Source: Planctomycetia bacterium (GTDB taxonomy: Bacteria; Planctomycetota; Planctomycetia; Pirellulales; UBA1268). Taken from it: DNA of 64,000 nucleotides. This document shows positions 54,210-62,802 of this stretch, one piece after another. The stretch's first letter is position 1, and each line of letters begins with the position of its first letter. The stretch covers positions 17,391 to 81,390 of the forward strand of contig JAPLNR010000068.1 in NCBI GenBank assembly GCA_026401035.1, in the 5' to 3' direction. The translations under genes and the position numbers were made by a program. The notes below the pieces were generated by a model. It was not told the DNA's origin, made no database searches, and saw nothing but the letters and a program-made list of their open reading frames with translations.

Positions 54210-56162
54210 ATGTCGGAACTTTCCAACCACCTGCGGCGGCGGGTGGCGATCGATCGTGTGAGCCCCGAGATCGACGCGGGACGGTTTGCCGTGAAGCGGG
54301 TTCGGGGCGACGTGGTGACGGTGGAAGCCGACATCCTCTGCGACGGCCACGAGGAACTCGAATGCCGCCTCCACGTGCGGCATGGCGACACCGGACAGTG
54401 GACTGTGCTGCCGCTGGAGTGCCAGGGGAATGACCGCTGGACGGCGTCGTTCATCGCCGACCGGATCGGGCTGTGGCACTATTTCATCTCGGCCCGCATC
54501 GATGCCTTTGGCACCTGGCTCCGCGACCTCGGCCGCCGCGAGGCGGCGGGTGAAAATCTCACGGTCGAGCTCGTCGCCGGTGCGCAGATCGTGACTGCCT
54601 CCGCCCATACCGCGCCCGCCGCGGAGGCCCGTGAGATCGACGGGCTCGCGATGCAATTGAGGTCACCGGCCTGGGCGGATGTCGCGCGGAGCGACCGCCT
54701 CAAGGACTTGATGACCCGCTATGCCGATCGCCGCGACGAAACGAAACTCGATCAACCACGGCCGGTATGGGTCGATCGCGAGCGGGCCCGGTTCAGCGCC
54801 TGGTACGAGGTCTTTCCAAGATCCTGGGGCCCGCCCGGCAGGCACGGCACGTTCACCGATCTGGCCGACCGGCTCGACTACGTACGGGGAATGGGCTTTG
54901 ACGTCTTGTACCTTGCGCCGATCCATCCAATCGGCACATCCTTTCGCAAGGGCCGCAACAACTCGCTCGACGCCACGGCCGACGACGTGGGCAGCCCGTG
55001 GGGCATCGGCAGCCGCGAAGGCGGCCACACGGCGATCCATCCGCAGCTTGGGACACTCGACGATTTCGAGCGGCTGCGCAGCCGCGCCGAGGCGCTCGGC
55101 CTCGAGATCGCGCTCGACATGGCCGTGCAGTGCTCGCCCGATCACCCATGGGTGAAGGAGCATCCCGAATGGTTTCGCCACCGGGCCGACGGCTCGATCC
55201 AATACGCGGAAAATCCGCCGAAGAAATACCAGGACATCGTGCCCTTCGACTTCCAGTCGGAGCAGTGGCGGCAGCTTTGGGAGGCGCTGGGCGGCGTGTT
55301 TCGGTTCTGGGCGGAGAAGGGGGTGCGAATCTTCCGCGTCGACAACCCGCACACCAAGCCGTTTGCGTTTTGGGAATGGCTGATCACCGACATCCATCGC
55401 ACCCATCCCGACGCGCTCTTCCTGTCCGAGGCGTTCACGCGGCCGAAGACGATGTATCGCCTCGCCAAGCTCGGCTTCACGCAGTCCTACACCTACTTCA
55501 CATGGCGGACGGAGAAGGAGGAGACAGCCGACTATCTGGTAGAGGTGACGACACCGCCGGTGGCCGAATTCTTCCGGCCGAACTTCTGGCCCAACACTCC
55601 CGACATCCTGCACGAAACGCTCCAACGCGGCGGCGCGGCGATGTTCGAGGTGCGGCTCACACTGGCGGCGCTCTCCGTCGGCAATTGGGGGATCTACGGC
55701 CCGGCGATGGAGCTTCTCGAGGCCACGCCGCGGGAGCCCGCCAGCGAGGAATACCTCGATTCCGAGAAGTATGAAATCAAGCATTGGCCCATCGATTCCC
55801 CCGACAGCCTCGCCCCGTTCATCCGGCGTCTCAACGAGATCCGCCGCACCGAGCCGGCCATGCACCGGGTCCGGCCGCCGCTCATCCAGACGATCGACGA
55901 TCCGCAGCTGCTTGCCTGGTGCAAATACGATCCCGCGAGCGGCAGCCGGGTGCTCGTCGTCGTGAACATGGAGCCGGACACGCCGCGGAGCGGCCTCCTG
56001 TCGCTCGACCCGAAGGCGCTCGATCTGGGGGAAGTGGAGTCGATCGACGCCCACGATCTGCTCACGGGAGAGGACGCCACGTGGCCGCTCGACGCGATCA
56101 CGATCGAATGCACGCCCGAGCACCCCGTGCAGGTCTACCGCCTCGAACTGGTTTCCCCGTGA
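54210..56162 (+). CDS. glgE: alpha-1,4-glucan:maltose-1-phosphate maltosyltransferase
   Basis: The N-terminus RVAIDRVSPEIDAGRFAVKRVRGD is the GlgE N-domain. GH13 motifs include FRVDNPHTKP. The start is trimmed to MSELSN (54210). Confidence 0.9.
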   Translation: MSELSNHLRRRVAIDRVSPEIDAGRFAVKRVRGDVVTVEADILCDGHEELECRLHVRHGDTGQWTVLPLECQGNDRWTASFIADRIGLWHYFISARIDAFGTWLRDLGRREAAGENLTVELVAGAQIVTASAHTAPAAEAREIDGLAMQLRSPAWADVARSDRLKDLMTRYADRRDETKLDQPRPVWVDRERARFSAWYEVFPRSWGPPGRHGTFTDLADRLDYVRGMGFDVLYLAPIHPIGTSFRKGRNNSLDATADDVGSPWGIGSREGGHTAIHPQLGTLDDFERLRSRAEALGLEIALDMAVQCSPDHPWVKEHPEWFRHRADGSIQYAENPPKKYQDIVPFDFQSEQWRQLWEALGGVFRFWAEKGVRIFRVDNPHTKPFAFWEWLITDIHRTHPDALFLSEAFTRPKTMYRLAKLGFTQSYTYFTWRTEKEETADYLVEVTTPPVAEFFRPNFWPNTPDILHETLQRGGAAMFEVRLTLAALSVGNWGIYGPAMELLEATPREPASEEYLDSEKYEIKHWPIDSPDSLAPFIRRLNEIRRTEPAMHRVRPPLIQTIDDPQLLAWCKYDPASGSRVLVVVNMEPDTPRSGLLSLDPKALDLGEVESIDAHDLLTGEDATWPLDAITIECTPEHPVQVYRLELVSP

Positions 56163-57553
56163 CGCGCGCCTCCCAGATCGCCGCCTGGCTGCCACACGCC
56201 CGCTGGTTCGCGGACAAGGGCGTGGCCCTCGACGGCATCGTCGTCTACGACGCCGTCTCGCTCCCGAATACTGACACCGCACTGGCCCTCGTCGATGTAC
56301 ACACAGCAACGGGCGACCGCTCCCGATACGCGGCGGCTACGGATCGCAGCTCCGGCGCCGACGCAGCCGCGACGCCGGCATTTGCGGGCTGGCTGGTGCG
56401 CACGGCTCTCGCCGGCGGCGTAGCGCACGGCCAACAGGGCTCGTTCATCGGCCATCCCACGGCCACTCTGTCGCCGCCCCCCGGTCCGGTCACCGTGACG
56501 CCGCTCGGCGGCGACGCTTCGAACACGTCGCTGCTCGTGAACATCGCAGACCAGGCATACGCGGTGAAACTGCTGCGGAGATGCCACCCGGGCATCCAGC
56601 CTGAGGTGGAATTGGGGGAATTTTTCGCGAAGCAAGCGTCGTGGCCCTCCACGCCCCGGCTGTATGGTTGGCTCGAATACGCCTCGAGCAGCGGGCCATC
56701 TGCATCGACCGCGATTGCCACCGTCCATGCGTTCGCCGCGGGCTGCACGAGCGGCTGGGATCGACTCGTCGCCCTCTTGGGCCAGGGCGGTCTCGCCGGA
56801 TCGGCCCGCACCACGATCCTGAACATCGTCGCGGCGCTCGGGCGGACCACGGGTGAGATGCACCGTGCGCTCGGTTCCCGCCCCGAACTCCCGGAGTTTG
56901 CCCCGGTGTCTGGAACGCCGGCCGAGCGGCAGGCGATGGCAGCGCGGATGGTGGAGCACGCCCGCAACGTGTTTGCGCTGGCGGCAGCCCGTCTGCCACG
57001 GCTGCCGCCGGCGATTGGAGAACGACTGATCGCGGCGATCGACAACCGCGACAGGATCATCGGCCAGTTGCAAGGCCTCGCGACGCTCGACGTGACGGCC
57101 CGGCACATCCGCGTGCACGGCGACTATCATCTGGGCCAGGTGCTCGTCGACAGCCTCGGGCATGACACCGCCCCACGAGTGCTCGTGATCGACTTCGAGG
57201 GGGAGCCGGGCCGTTCGCTTGCGGAACGCCGTGCGAAGACGACCGCCTGCAAAGATGTCGCCGGCATGTGCCGGTCGTTCGACTACCTGCTGCGGCACGT
57301 CGCGCGGACGACGGCGGACGTCTACCGCGCGGAGAATCTGTGCGAACTGGAAGACTGCTACCTCGATGCCTACCGTACGATCGCGACCGGCCAGCCCTGG
57401 TGGCCCGCCGACCCGGCGACGGCCGACGCCCTGCTGGCGATCTACAAGCTCGACAAGGCGGTCTACGAACTCGCCTACGAACTCCAGAACCGGCCCGATT
57501 GGATAGCCGTGCCGCTGGAGGCACTTGCGTCGCGCGAGCGCCCGCTGGCGTAG
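56159..57553 (+). CDS. mak: maltokinase (Mak/Pep2, aminoglycoside-phosphotransferase fold)
   Basis: The GTG start overlaps the glgE TGA (GTGA). WLPHARWFADKG..., HGDYHLGQVLV and FDYLL are Mak-type motifs. Confidence 0.8.
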   Translation: MTRASQIAAWLPHARWFADKGVALDGIVVYDAVSLPNTDTALALVDVHTATGDRSRYAAATDRSSGADAAATPAFAGWLVRTALAGGVAHGQQGSFIGHPTATLSPPPGPVTVTPLGGDASNTSLLVNIADQAYAVKLLRRCHPGIQPEVELGEFFAKQASWPSTPRLYGWLEYASSSGPSASTAIATVHAFAAGCTSGWDRLVALLGQGGLAGSARTTILNIVAALGRTTGEMHRALGSRPELPEFAPVSGTPAERQAMAARMVEHARNVFALAAARLPRLPPAIGERLIAAIDNRDRIIGQLQGLATLDVTARHIRVHGDYHLGQVLVDSLGHDTAPRVLVIDFEGEPGRSLAERRAKTTACKDVAGMCRSFDYLLRHVARTTADVYRAENLCELEDCYLDAYRTIATGQPWWPADPATADALLAIYKLDKAVYELAYELQNRPDWIAVPLEALASRERPLA

Positions 57554-57598
57554 GCCGTTTGCTGTACAAGCGGTCTGCAGGCGGAGTCGGCTAGCTTC

Positions 57599-58102
57599 TC
57601 ATGTGCCTGTTCCGCGCACCACGGGACTTCCATCCTCGTTCACGGCCACGTCGTAGATCCGCAGACTGTCGAGCCAGCAGTGCATCTCTTCGGTCTTGAA
57701 CAGCCGCGGCACGACCACGCCCGTCTCCAGATGGGCGAAGAAGAGTTCTGCCTCGCCGTGGAGCCGCTCACCCACGTGGCTCGTCACGCTGACGAGCGAT
57801 CCGCCGTCCATCGTCTCCATGATTTTGGCCGCATACTCGATCGTGTCGCCGGGAACAGCATCGAACCTAAAGTCGGCCTTCGCGATCTTGGCCAGCACCA
57901 CCTGGATCTTGAAGCCGAGCGAGTCGGCCACGAGCAGGCCGGCCGTCTGGGCCATGCCCTCGATCACCAGCGTGTTGGGCATCAGGGCCACGCCGGGAAA
58001 GTGGTCGTGCAGATGCTCCTCCGCAAGCGTCACGTTCTTGACGGCCGTCGCGCTCCGGCCGCGGACGAATTTCCTGAAGCGATCAATCCAGAACCAGCGC
58101 AT
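57599..58102 (-). CDS. FabZ/FabA-like hotdog-fold 3-hydroxyacyl-ACP dehydratase family protein
   Basis: MRWFWIDRF...HLHDHFPGVALMPNTLVIEGMAQTAG shows the catalytic His and Glu context of the FabZ family. Confidence 0.7.
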   Translation of the reverse strand: MRWFWIDRFRKFVRGRSATAVKNVTLAEEHLHDHFPGVALMPNTLVIEGMAQTAGLLVADSLGFKIQVVLAKIAKADFRFDAVPGDTIEYAAKIMETMDGGSLVSVTSHVGERLHGEAELFFAHLETGVVVPRLFKTEEMHCWLDSLRIYDVAVNEDGSPVVRGTGT

Positions 58103-58150
58103 CAGAATTCACTCCGGAGGCAGCACCCAATTGGTATACCGGTCCACGAT

Positions 58151-59257
58151 CTAGCGCCTTGCCGCATAGATCTCCTCGAACGACCGCAGGTGGCGACACA
58201 TGTATTTGGCGGCGATTCGCTGGGCAATCTCGAGTATCCGCTCGCGGACGTCCTCCGGCTCGAGAACCTCCACGCAGTCGGCAAGCCCCAGCAGCTGCGG
58301 GATCATCTCGTCATCCCAGGCCCGCTCGATCTCGAGAATCACCGCCCCGTCGGCCTCTTCCCGCACCTGCTGCCGCGGATGAAAGGGCTTCTCGCGTGCC
58401 CAGCGGGCGCGGGACGCATCGATGCGAAGCCGATACCGCCGCGGTGGATCGGCGGAACGGAAGATCGTGATGCTGTCGGCAAGCAACGCCTCCACTGGCT
58501 CATTGCGGCGCACGAACGTGCGGGTCGACGGCTTGGCGTCGGCGATCCGGTCGAGTTTGAAGAAGCGAATCTCGCCCGCTGTGGCCCCCTTGGGTGCACG
58601 TTTTGCAGCGGCAGGGGCCCGGTAGCCCGCGACATAGATGCTGCCATCGTAGAGGACGAGCGCCTCCGGATGGATTACATAGGTCTTGGGTTTATCGTCG
58701 GCCAGGCTCGTGTAGCGGATCGAGAGTTCGAGGGCATTGCGGATCGCCCGGTTGATCGCGTTGAGCGTGCGGGCGCCATACTTGGCAACCGCGGGCTTCG
58801 GATGCACAACGAGCCCCTCCCGGTGGGCTTCCACGTACTCGAGCAGTTCGGGCGTGGCCACGCTTTCCACCTTGGCGATCAGTTGGCTGATGCCGCGCCA
58901 GTAAAACGTGCCCGCGAGCGGGGCCAGGAAATCCCGGGCGACGGCCAGCGAGAGAAGTTCGGGCAGCGAGATCGCCGGCGCGACCAGTTCGACCTTGCCC
59001 CGGCCCGGCTCGATGGACCAGGCCTGGCAGGCCGCACCGCGGGCAGACCGCTTCCGCGACCGCTTCACGGCGTAGCCGAATTTTTCCAGAAACTCGAGAT
59101 CGCGGCGGATGTTTTTGTCGGACATCTCCTCGATCACACCCCGACCGCGGAGCAGATCCTTCAGCTCGGCCGTGGAAAGCGGCTGCCGGGCACTGAAGAG
59201 GATGTCGATCAGGTGGAAAACCCGCAGCAACTGCTCATGGCGACTGAGTGAGTCCAT
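58151..59257 (-). CDS. HTH + WYL + WCX-type transcriptional regulator
   Basis: The N-terminal winged HTH is LLRVFHLIDILFSARQPLSTAELKDLL. The central WYL-like beta region is ...VIHPEALVLYDGSIYVAGY...IRFFKLDRI. The C-terminal extension is ...VEVLEPEDVRERI. Confidence 0.75.
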   Translation of the reverse strand: MDSLSRHEQLLRVFHLIDILFSARQPLSTAELKDLLRGRGVIEEMSDKNIRRDLEFLEKFGYAVKRSRKRSARGAACQAWSIEPGRGKVELVAPAISLPELLSLAVARDFLAPLAGTFYWRGISQLIAKVESVATPELLEYVEAHREGLVVHPKPAVAKYGARTLNAINRAIRNALELSIRYTSLADDKPKTYVIHPEALVLYDGSIYVAGYRAPAAAKRAPKGATAGEIRFFKLDRIADAKPSTRTFVRRNEPVEALLADSITIFRSADPPRRYRLRIDASRARWAREKPFHPRQQVREEADGAVILEIERAWDDEMIPQLLGLADCVEVLEPEDVRERILEIAQRIAAKYMCRHLRSFEEIYAARR

Positions 59258-59265
59258 CGAACTAT

Positions 59266-59316
59266 TTTTACAGGCTTTGCAGGTTTTACAGGCTTTGCAG
59301 GGAGCGCTTTACAGGG
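59266..59316 (-). promoter_or_regulatory. tandem 18-bp direct repeats (2 full + 1 partial) abutting the WYL gene start
   Basis: TTTTACAGGCTTTGCAGG occurs at 59266-59283 and again at 59284-59301. A partial copy TTTACAGGG lies at 59308-59316. On the minus strand the proximal repeat ends ...TGTAAAAATAGTTCG-ATG, which is an extended -10-like TGTAAAAAT 6 nt from the ATG. Confidence 0.6.
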
Positions 59317-59419
59317 AACGTCGCGACACGCCCCAGCTGGCGGTGGGGTCGAACCGGTGATCCGAGCTTCAGGATAATCAGAAATTCGTCGAAGTTCAGG
59401 GCCGCACTCCGGCCCGGGG

Positions 59420-61210
59420 CTAGGCCTCTGCCAACTCCTCCTGAATCGCGAGCCACCGTTCCTCGGCAGCCGCCAGCTTTTCCACGACGGCCGTCAGCGC
59501 CGTGTGAAGCCGCAGCGCTTCGGCAGGATCGGTCGCCGCGAGCAACGCCTCGTTGAGCGGCCGCTTTTCGGCGTCGAACCTGGCGATCGACCGCTCGAGG
59601 TTGGCCAGCTCCTTGCGGGCCTCACGATCGGTCCGGCCGGGAGCGGCGCGACCAGCCTGCTGCGGGGCAGGGGGCTTGCGTCCGGCAGCGGCCGGGCGGC
59701 GATTGTCGTCGGCCGCCTCGGCGTCGTCGATCTCGCGGGTGACCGAGTCGAGATACTGGCCGTAATTGCCGAGGTAGTTGGTCACACGGCCGTCCTTGAC
59801 CTCGATCACGTTCGTCGCCACCGTCTTCATGAATGACCGGTCGTGACTCGTGAAGATCAGGGTGCCCCGGTAGTCGAGCAGCGCCTGGGCCAGCGCATCG
59901 ACCGTCTCCACGTCGAGATGGTTGCCCGGCTCATCGAGCACGAGCACGTTGAAGGGCCCCAGGAGCAGCCCGGCCATGCAGAGCCGGGCCCGCTCGCCGC
60001 CAGAAAGCACGCTCACCCGCTTCTCGACGGCCTGTCCACGAAAGAGCATCGCGCCGGCGAGATCGAGGATCTGCTGCTGTTTGGTGCCGATGTTCGCCGC
60101 CCGCTCGAGATATTCGAGAACGGTCTGGTTTTCCTCGAGGCTCGTGTAGACATGCTGGGCGTAAATGCCCACCTCGCAGCCATAGCCCCATTTCACGTCG
60201 CCGGCCACGGGCTTCAGCGAATCGACGAGCGTTCGCAGGAACGTCGTCTTGCCCTGGCCGTTGTCGCCCACGATCGCGGCCCGCGAGCCATGGACGATCT
60301 CCACGTCGACGCCGTCGGCAACGGTGTGCTCGGGATAGCCGATCGCGAGATCGCGGCACCGCACGGCCGGCCCCTGCCGCGGCGTGACGGACGGGCAGCG
60401 GATCGCGGCCGTCGGGGCGTCGATGGCCACCTCCTCCAGTTCCAACTTGTCGAGTTGCTTGCTCTTCGACTTGGCCCGCGAGGCGGTCGATGCCCGGGCC
60501 TTGTTCCGCGCGATGAAGTCCTCGAGCTGCCGCCGCTTGGCCTGCACGGCGGCGTTGGTCCGCTCGACATGGGCGAGTTGATCCCGTCGGTAGACAAGGA
60601 ATGCGTCGACCTTGCCGGGAAACACCGTGAGTTTGCCCTGCGCAAGATCGAGCGTCTGGTCGCAGGTGGCGGCGAGAAAAGCCCGGTCGTGCGACACGAT
60701 CAGGCATGACTCCTTATAGCCACGGAGGAAATGCTCGAGCAGGATCTGCGTTCGCAGATCGAGGAAGTTCGTCGGTTCGTCGAGCAGCAGCAGATTTGGC
60801 TCGTGCAGGAGGAGCGCCGCGAGCTTCACGCGGGTCTGCCAGCCGCCCGAGAGTTTTTGGACCGGTCCGGCCAGATGGGGAGTCTTGAGTTCGAACTGGC
60901 CGGCGACCTCGCCGCACTTCCAGTCGGGCTGGCCGCTGTCGCGCATCAGGAACTCGAGCGCCGACTCGCCGGGCAGAAACGGATCGTGCTGGCGAAGGTA
61001 GCCAAGCCGCAGCCGGGGATGACGGATCACGTCTCCCGAGTCGAGTTCCTCCTCACCGAGGATCACCCGGAGCAGCGTGCTTTTGCCGGCACCGTTGCGG
61101 CCCACGAACCCGATCTTGCCGTCATCGGTGATCGTCGCCGATGCGCGGTCGAGCAGCACCTGGTCGCCATACCGCTTCGAGGCATTCTTAATGTCGAGCA
61201 GTACCGCCAT
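59420..61210 (-). CDS. ABC-F family ATPase (two ABC domains, no TMD; Uup/EttA-like)
   Basis: Two Walker A motifs (GRNGAGKST and GDNGQGKTT) and two LSGG signatures are present. There is an inter-domain linker and a C-terminal coiled coil. The start is trimmed to MAVLLDIKN (61210). Confidence 0.9.
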   Translation of the reverse strand: MAVLLDIKNASKRYGDQVLLDRASATITDDGKIGFVGRNGAGKSTLLRVILGEEELDSGDVIRHPRLRLGYLRQHDPFLPGESALEFLMRDSGQPDWKCGEVAGQFELKTPHLAGPVQKLSGGWQTRVKLAALLLHEPNLLLLDEPTNFLDLRTQILLEHFLRGYKESCLIVSHDRAFLAATCDQTLDLAQGKLTVFPGKVDAFLVYRRDQLAHVERTNAAVQAKRRQLEDFIARNKARASTASRAKSKSKQLDKLELEEVAIDAPTAAIRCPSVTPRQGPAVRCRDLAIGYPEHTVADGVDVEIVHGSRAAIVGDNGQGKTTFLRTLVDSLKPVAGDVKWGYGCEVGIYAQHVYTSLEENQTVLEYLERAANIGTKQQQILDLAGAMLFRGQAVEKRVSVLSGGERARLCMAGLLLGPFNVLVLDEPGNHLDVETVDALAQALLDYRGTLIFTSHDRSFMKTVATNVIEVKDGRVTNYLGNYGQYLDSVTREIDDAEAADDNRRPAAAGRKPPAPQQAGRAAPGRTDREARKELANLERSIARFDAEKRPLNEALLAATDPAEALRLHTALTAVVEKLAAAEERWLAIQEELAEA

Positions 61211-61449
61211 CGACTGAGCGTAATTCCTGTTCCTGACCGAAGCCGTGTTGAGATCGTTACCTGGAGAATGCACGGTAACCTACTGATTCCATGACACCCG
61301 CGGCAAGCCGCACCCCCAAATCGGACACGATTCCCTGAAAGGGGCCGACGCACGAATCGCACGTGCAATCCCGGCGGTGAGCGACTCGTGCGGACTTTCC
61401 CGCGAAGACCGCTTAGATTGAGAAGCGGTTTTCGACGAGTCACTCCCCA

Positions 61450-62769
61450 ATGTGTCGAGGCATCTCCGTGACAGGCATCCCCGAAACGTCGCCCCCGCGC
61501 GAGACCGGCCAGCAAATCGCCGCGCTCGAGCATCTGTTGGAGGTGGCCCGCCAGTTGGGCGCGACCGTCGAACTGGATCCGCTGCTCGAGGCCATCGCCA
61601 CGGCGGCCACTACGGTGCTCGACTGCGAGCGGGCCACGGTCTTTCTCTACGACACCGGCACCGAGGAACTCTACAGCCGCGTGGCCACCGGCATCGAAGA
61701 CTCCGCCATGAAGGAGATCCGCTTTCCGGTCAGCCGCGGCATCGCCGGCGAGGTGGCCCGAACGGGAAGCGTGATCACGCTTGCCGATGCCTACGCTGAT
61801 CCCCGCTTCAACCCCGAGTTTGATCGGCAGAGCGGCTTCCGCACCCGCAACATGCTTGCCTTTCCGTTGCGCGGGTATGACTCCACGACGGTCGGCGTGC
61901 TGCAGGTGCTCAACAAGCGGAGCGGGCAGTTCGACGGTCACGACGAGAAACTGGTCCGCTTTCTCGGCGCGCAGGCCGGAGTCGCCGTCCAGCGGCAGAT
62001 GCTGCTGCAGGAATACGCCCACAAGCAGCGAATCCAACGCGACCTGAACATCGCCCGCGACATCCAGCAGGGCCTGCTCCCCCGGGAAAATCCGGAGGTG
62101 GCCGGCTACGACATCGCCGGCTGGAACCAGCCGGCCGACGAGACCGGCGGAGACAGTTTCGACTTTTTGCCACTCGACGACGGCAGCCTGGCAATTACGC
62201 TGGCCGATGCCACAGGACACGGCATCGGCGCGGCGCTGATCATGGCCGAAACACGCGCCCTGTTTCGGGCCACCGCCCGACAGACGAGGGATCTCCAGCG
62301 GGTGGTGTCGGAGGTCAACGACCTGCTCTGCCTCGACCTGCCCGATGGGAAATTCAATACGGCATTTTTCGGTTTTCTCGCGCCGGCGGAGCACACCGTG
62401 CGGTTCCTGAGCGCCGGGCAGGGCCCGATCCTCGTCTACGCGGCGGCCACGGGCGCCGTCCGGGAACTGGAAACGCACGGCCTGCCGCTGGGAATCATGC
62501 CAGAGGCCGAGTATGACGCCGCAACCGTCTTCCAACTGGCTCCCGGTGACATGCTGGTGCTGCTGACCGACGGCTTCTACGAGTGGGACCGCCCTGACGG
62601 GGAGCAGTTTGGCACCGAGCGGATTGCGGACCTCATCCGTGAGCATCACCGTCTGCCAGCGGCCGAATTCATCCGGGTTGTCTATCGGACCGTCGTCGAG
62701 TTCTCGGCCGGCACGCGCCAAGGCGACGACCTGACGGCCGTCATCGTCCGCCGCGTACCCGCCGGCTGA
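61450..62769 (+). CDS. GAF domain + PP2C/SpoIIE-type protein phosphatase (RsbU-like)
   Basis: The N-terminal GAF region contains ...RATVFLYD...GIAGEVARTG.... It is followed by ARDIQQGLLP...GGDSFDF...ADATGHG...DDLTAV, which are SpoIIE motifs. Confidence 0.85.
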   Translation: MCRGISVTGIPETSPPRETGQQIAALEHLLEVARQLGATVELDPLLEAIATAATTVLDCERATVFLYDTGTEELYSRVATGIEDSAMKEIRFPVSRGIAGEVARTGSVITLADAYADPRFNPEFDRQSGFRTRNMLAFPLRGYDSTTVGVLQVLNKRSGQFDGHDEKLVRFLGAQAGVAVQRQMLLQEYAHKQRIQRDLNIARDIQQGLLPRENPEVAGYDIAGWNQPADETGGDSFDFLPLDDGSLAITLADATGHGIGAALIMAETRALFRATARQTRDLQRVVSEVNDLLCLDLPDGKFNTAFFGFLAPAEHTVRFLSAGQGPILVYAAATGAVRELETHGLPLGIMPEAEYDAATVFQLAPGDMLVLLTDGFYEWDRPDGEQFGTERIADLIREHHRLPAAEFIRVVYRTVVEFSAGTRQGDDLTAVIVRRVPAG

Positions 62770-62802
62770 ATCAGCGGCTGGAAGCCTTTTTTGGAAAATG
62801 CC

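Noticed and set aside
57554-57598. A possible bidirectional terminator between the convergent mak and fabZ-like genes (CCGTTTG-ctgta-CAAGCGG).
   Set aside because: The stem is short (7 bp with one G-T wobble pair) and has no flanking T or A runs. It is not distinguishable from chance.
59338-59360. A tRNA 3'-end-like sequence on the minus strand (TGG-C-GGTGGGG-TCGAACC-GGTGA, i.e. ...GGTTCGACCCCACCGCCA).
   Set aside because: I could not build a T-stem: the flanks of the TTCGACC loop do not pair. There is no acceptor-stem partner and no anticodon arm upstream. At best it is a decayed fragment or integration scar, not a tRNA gene.
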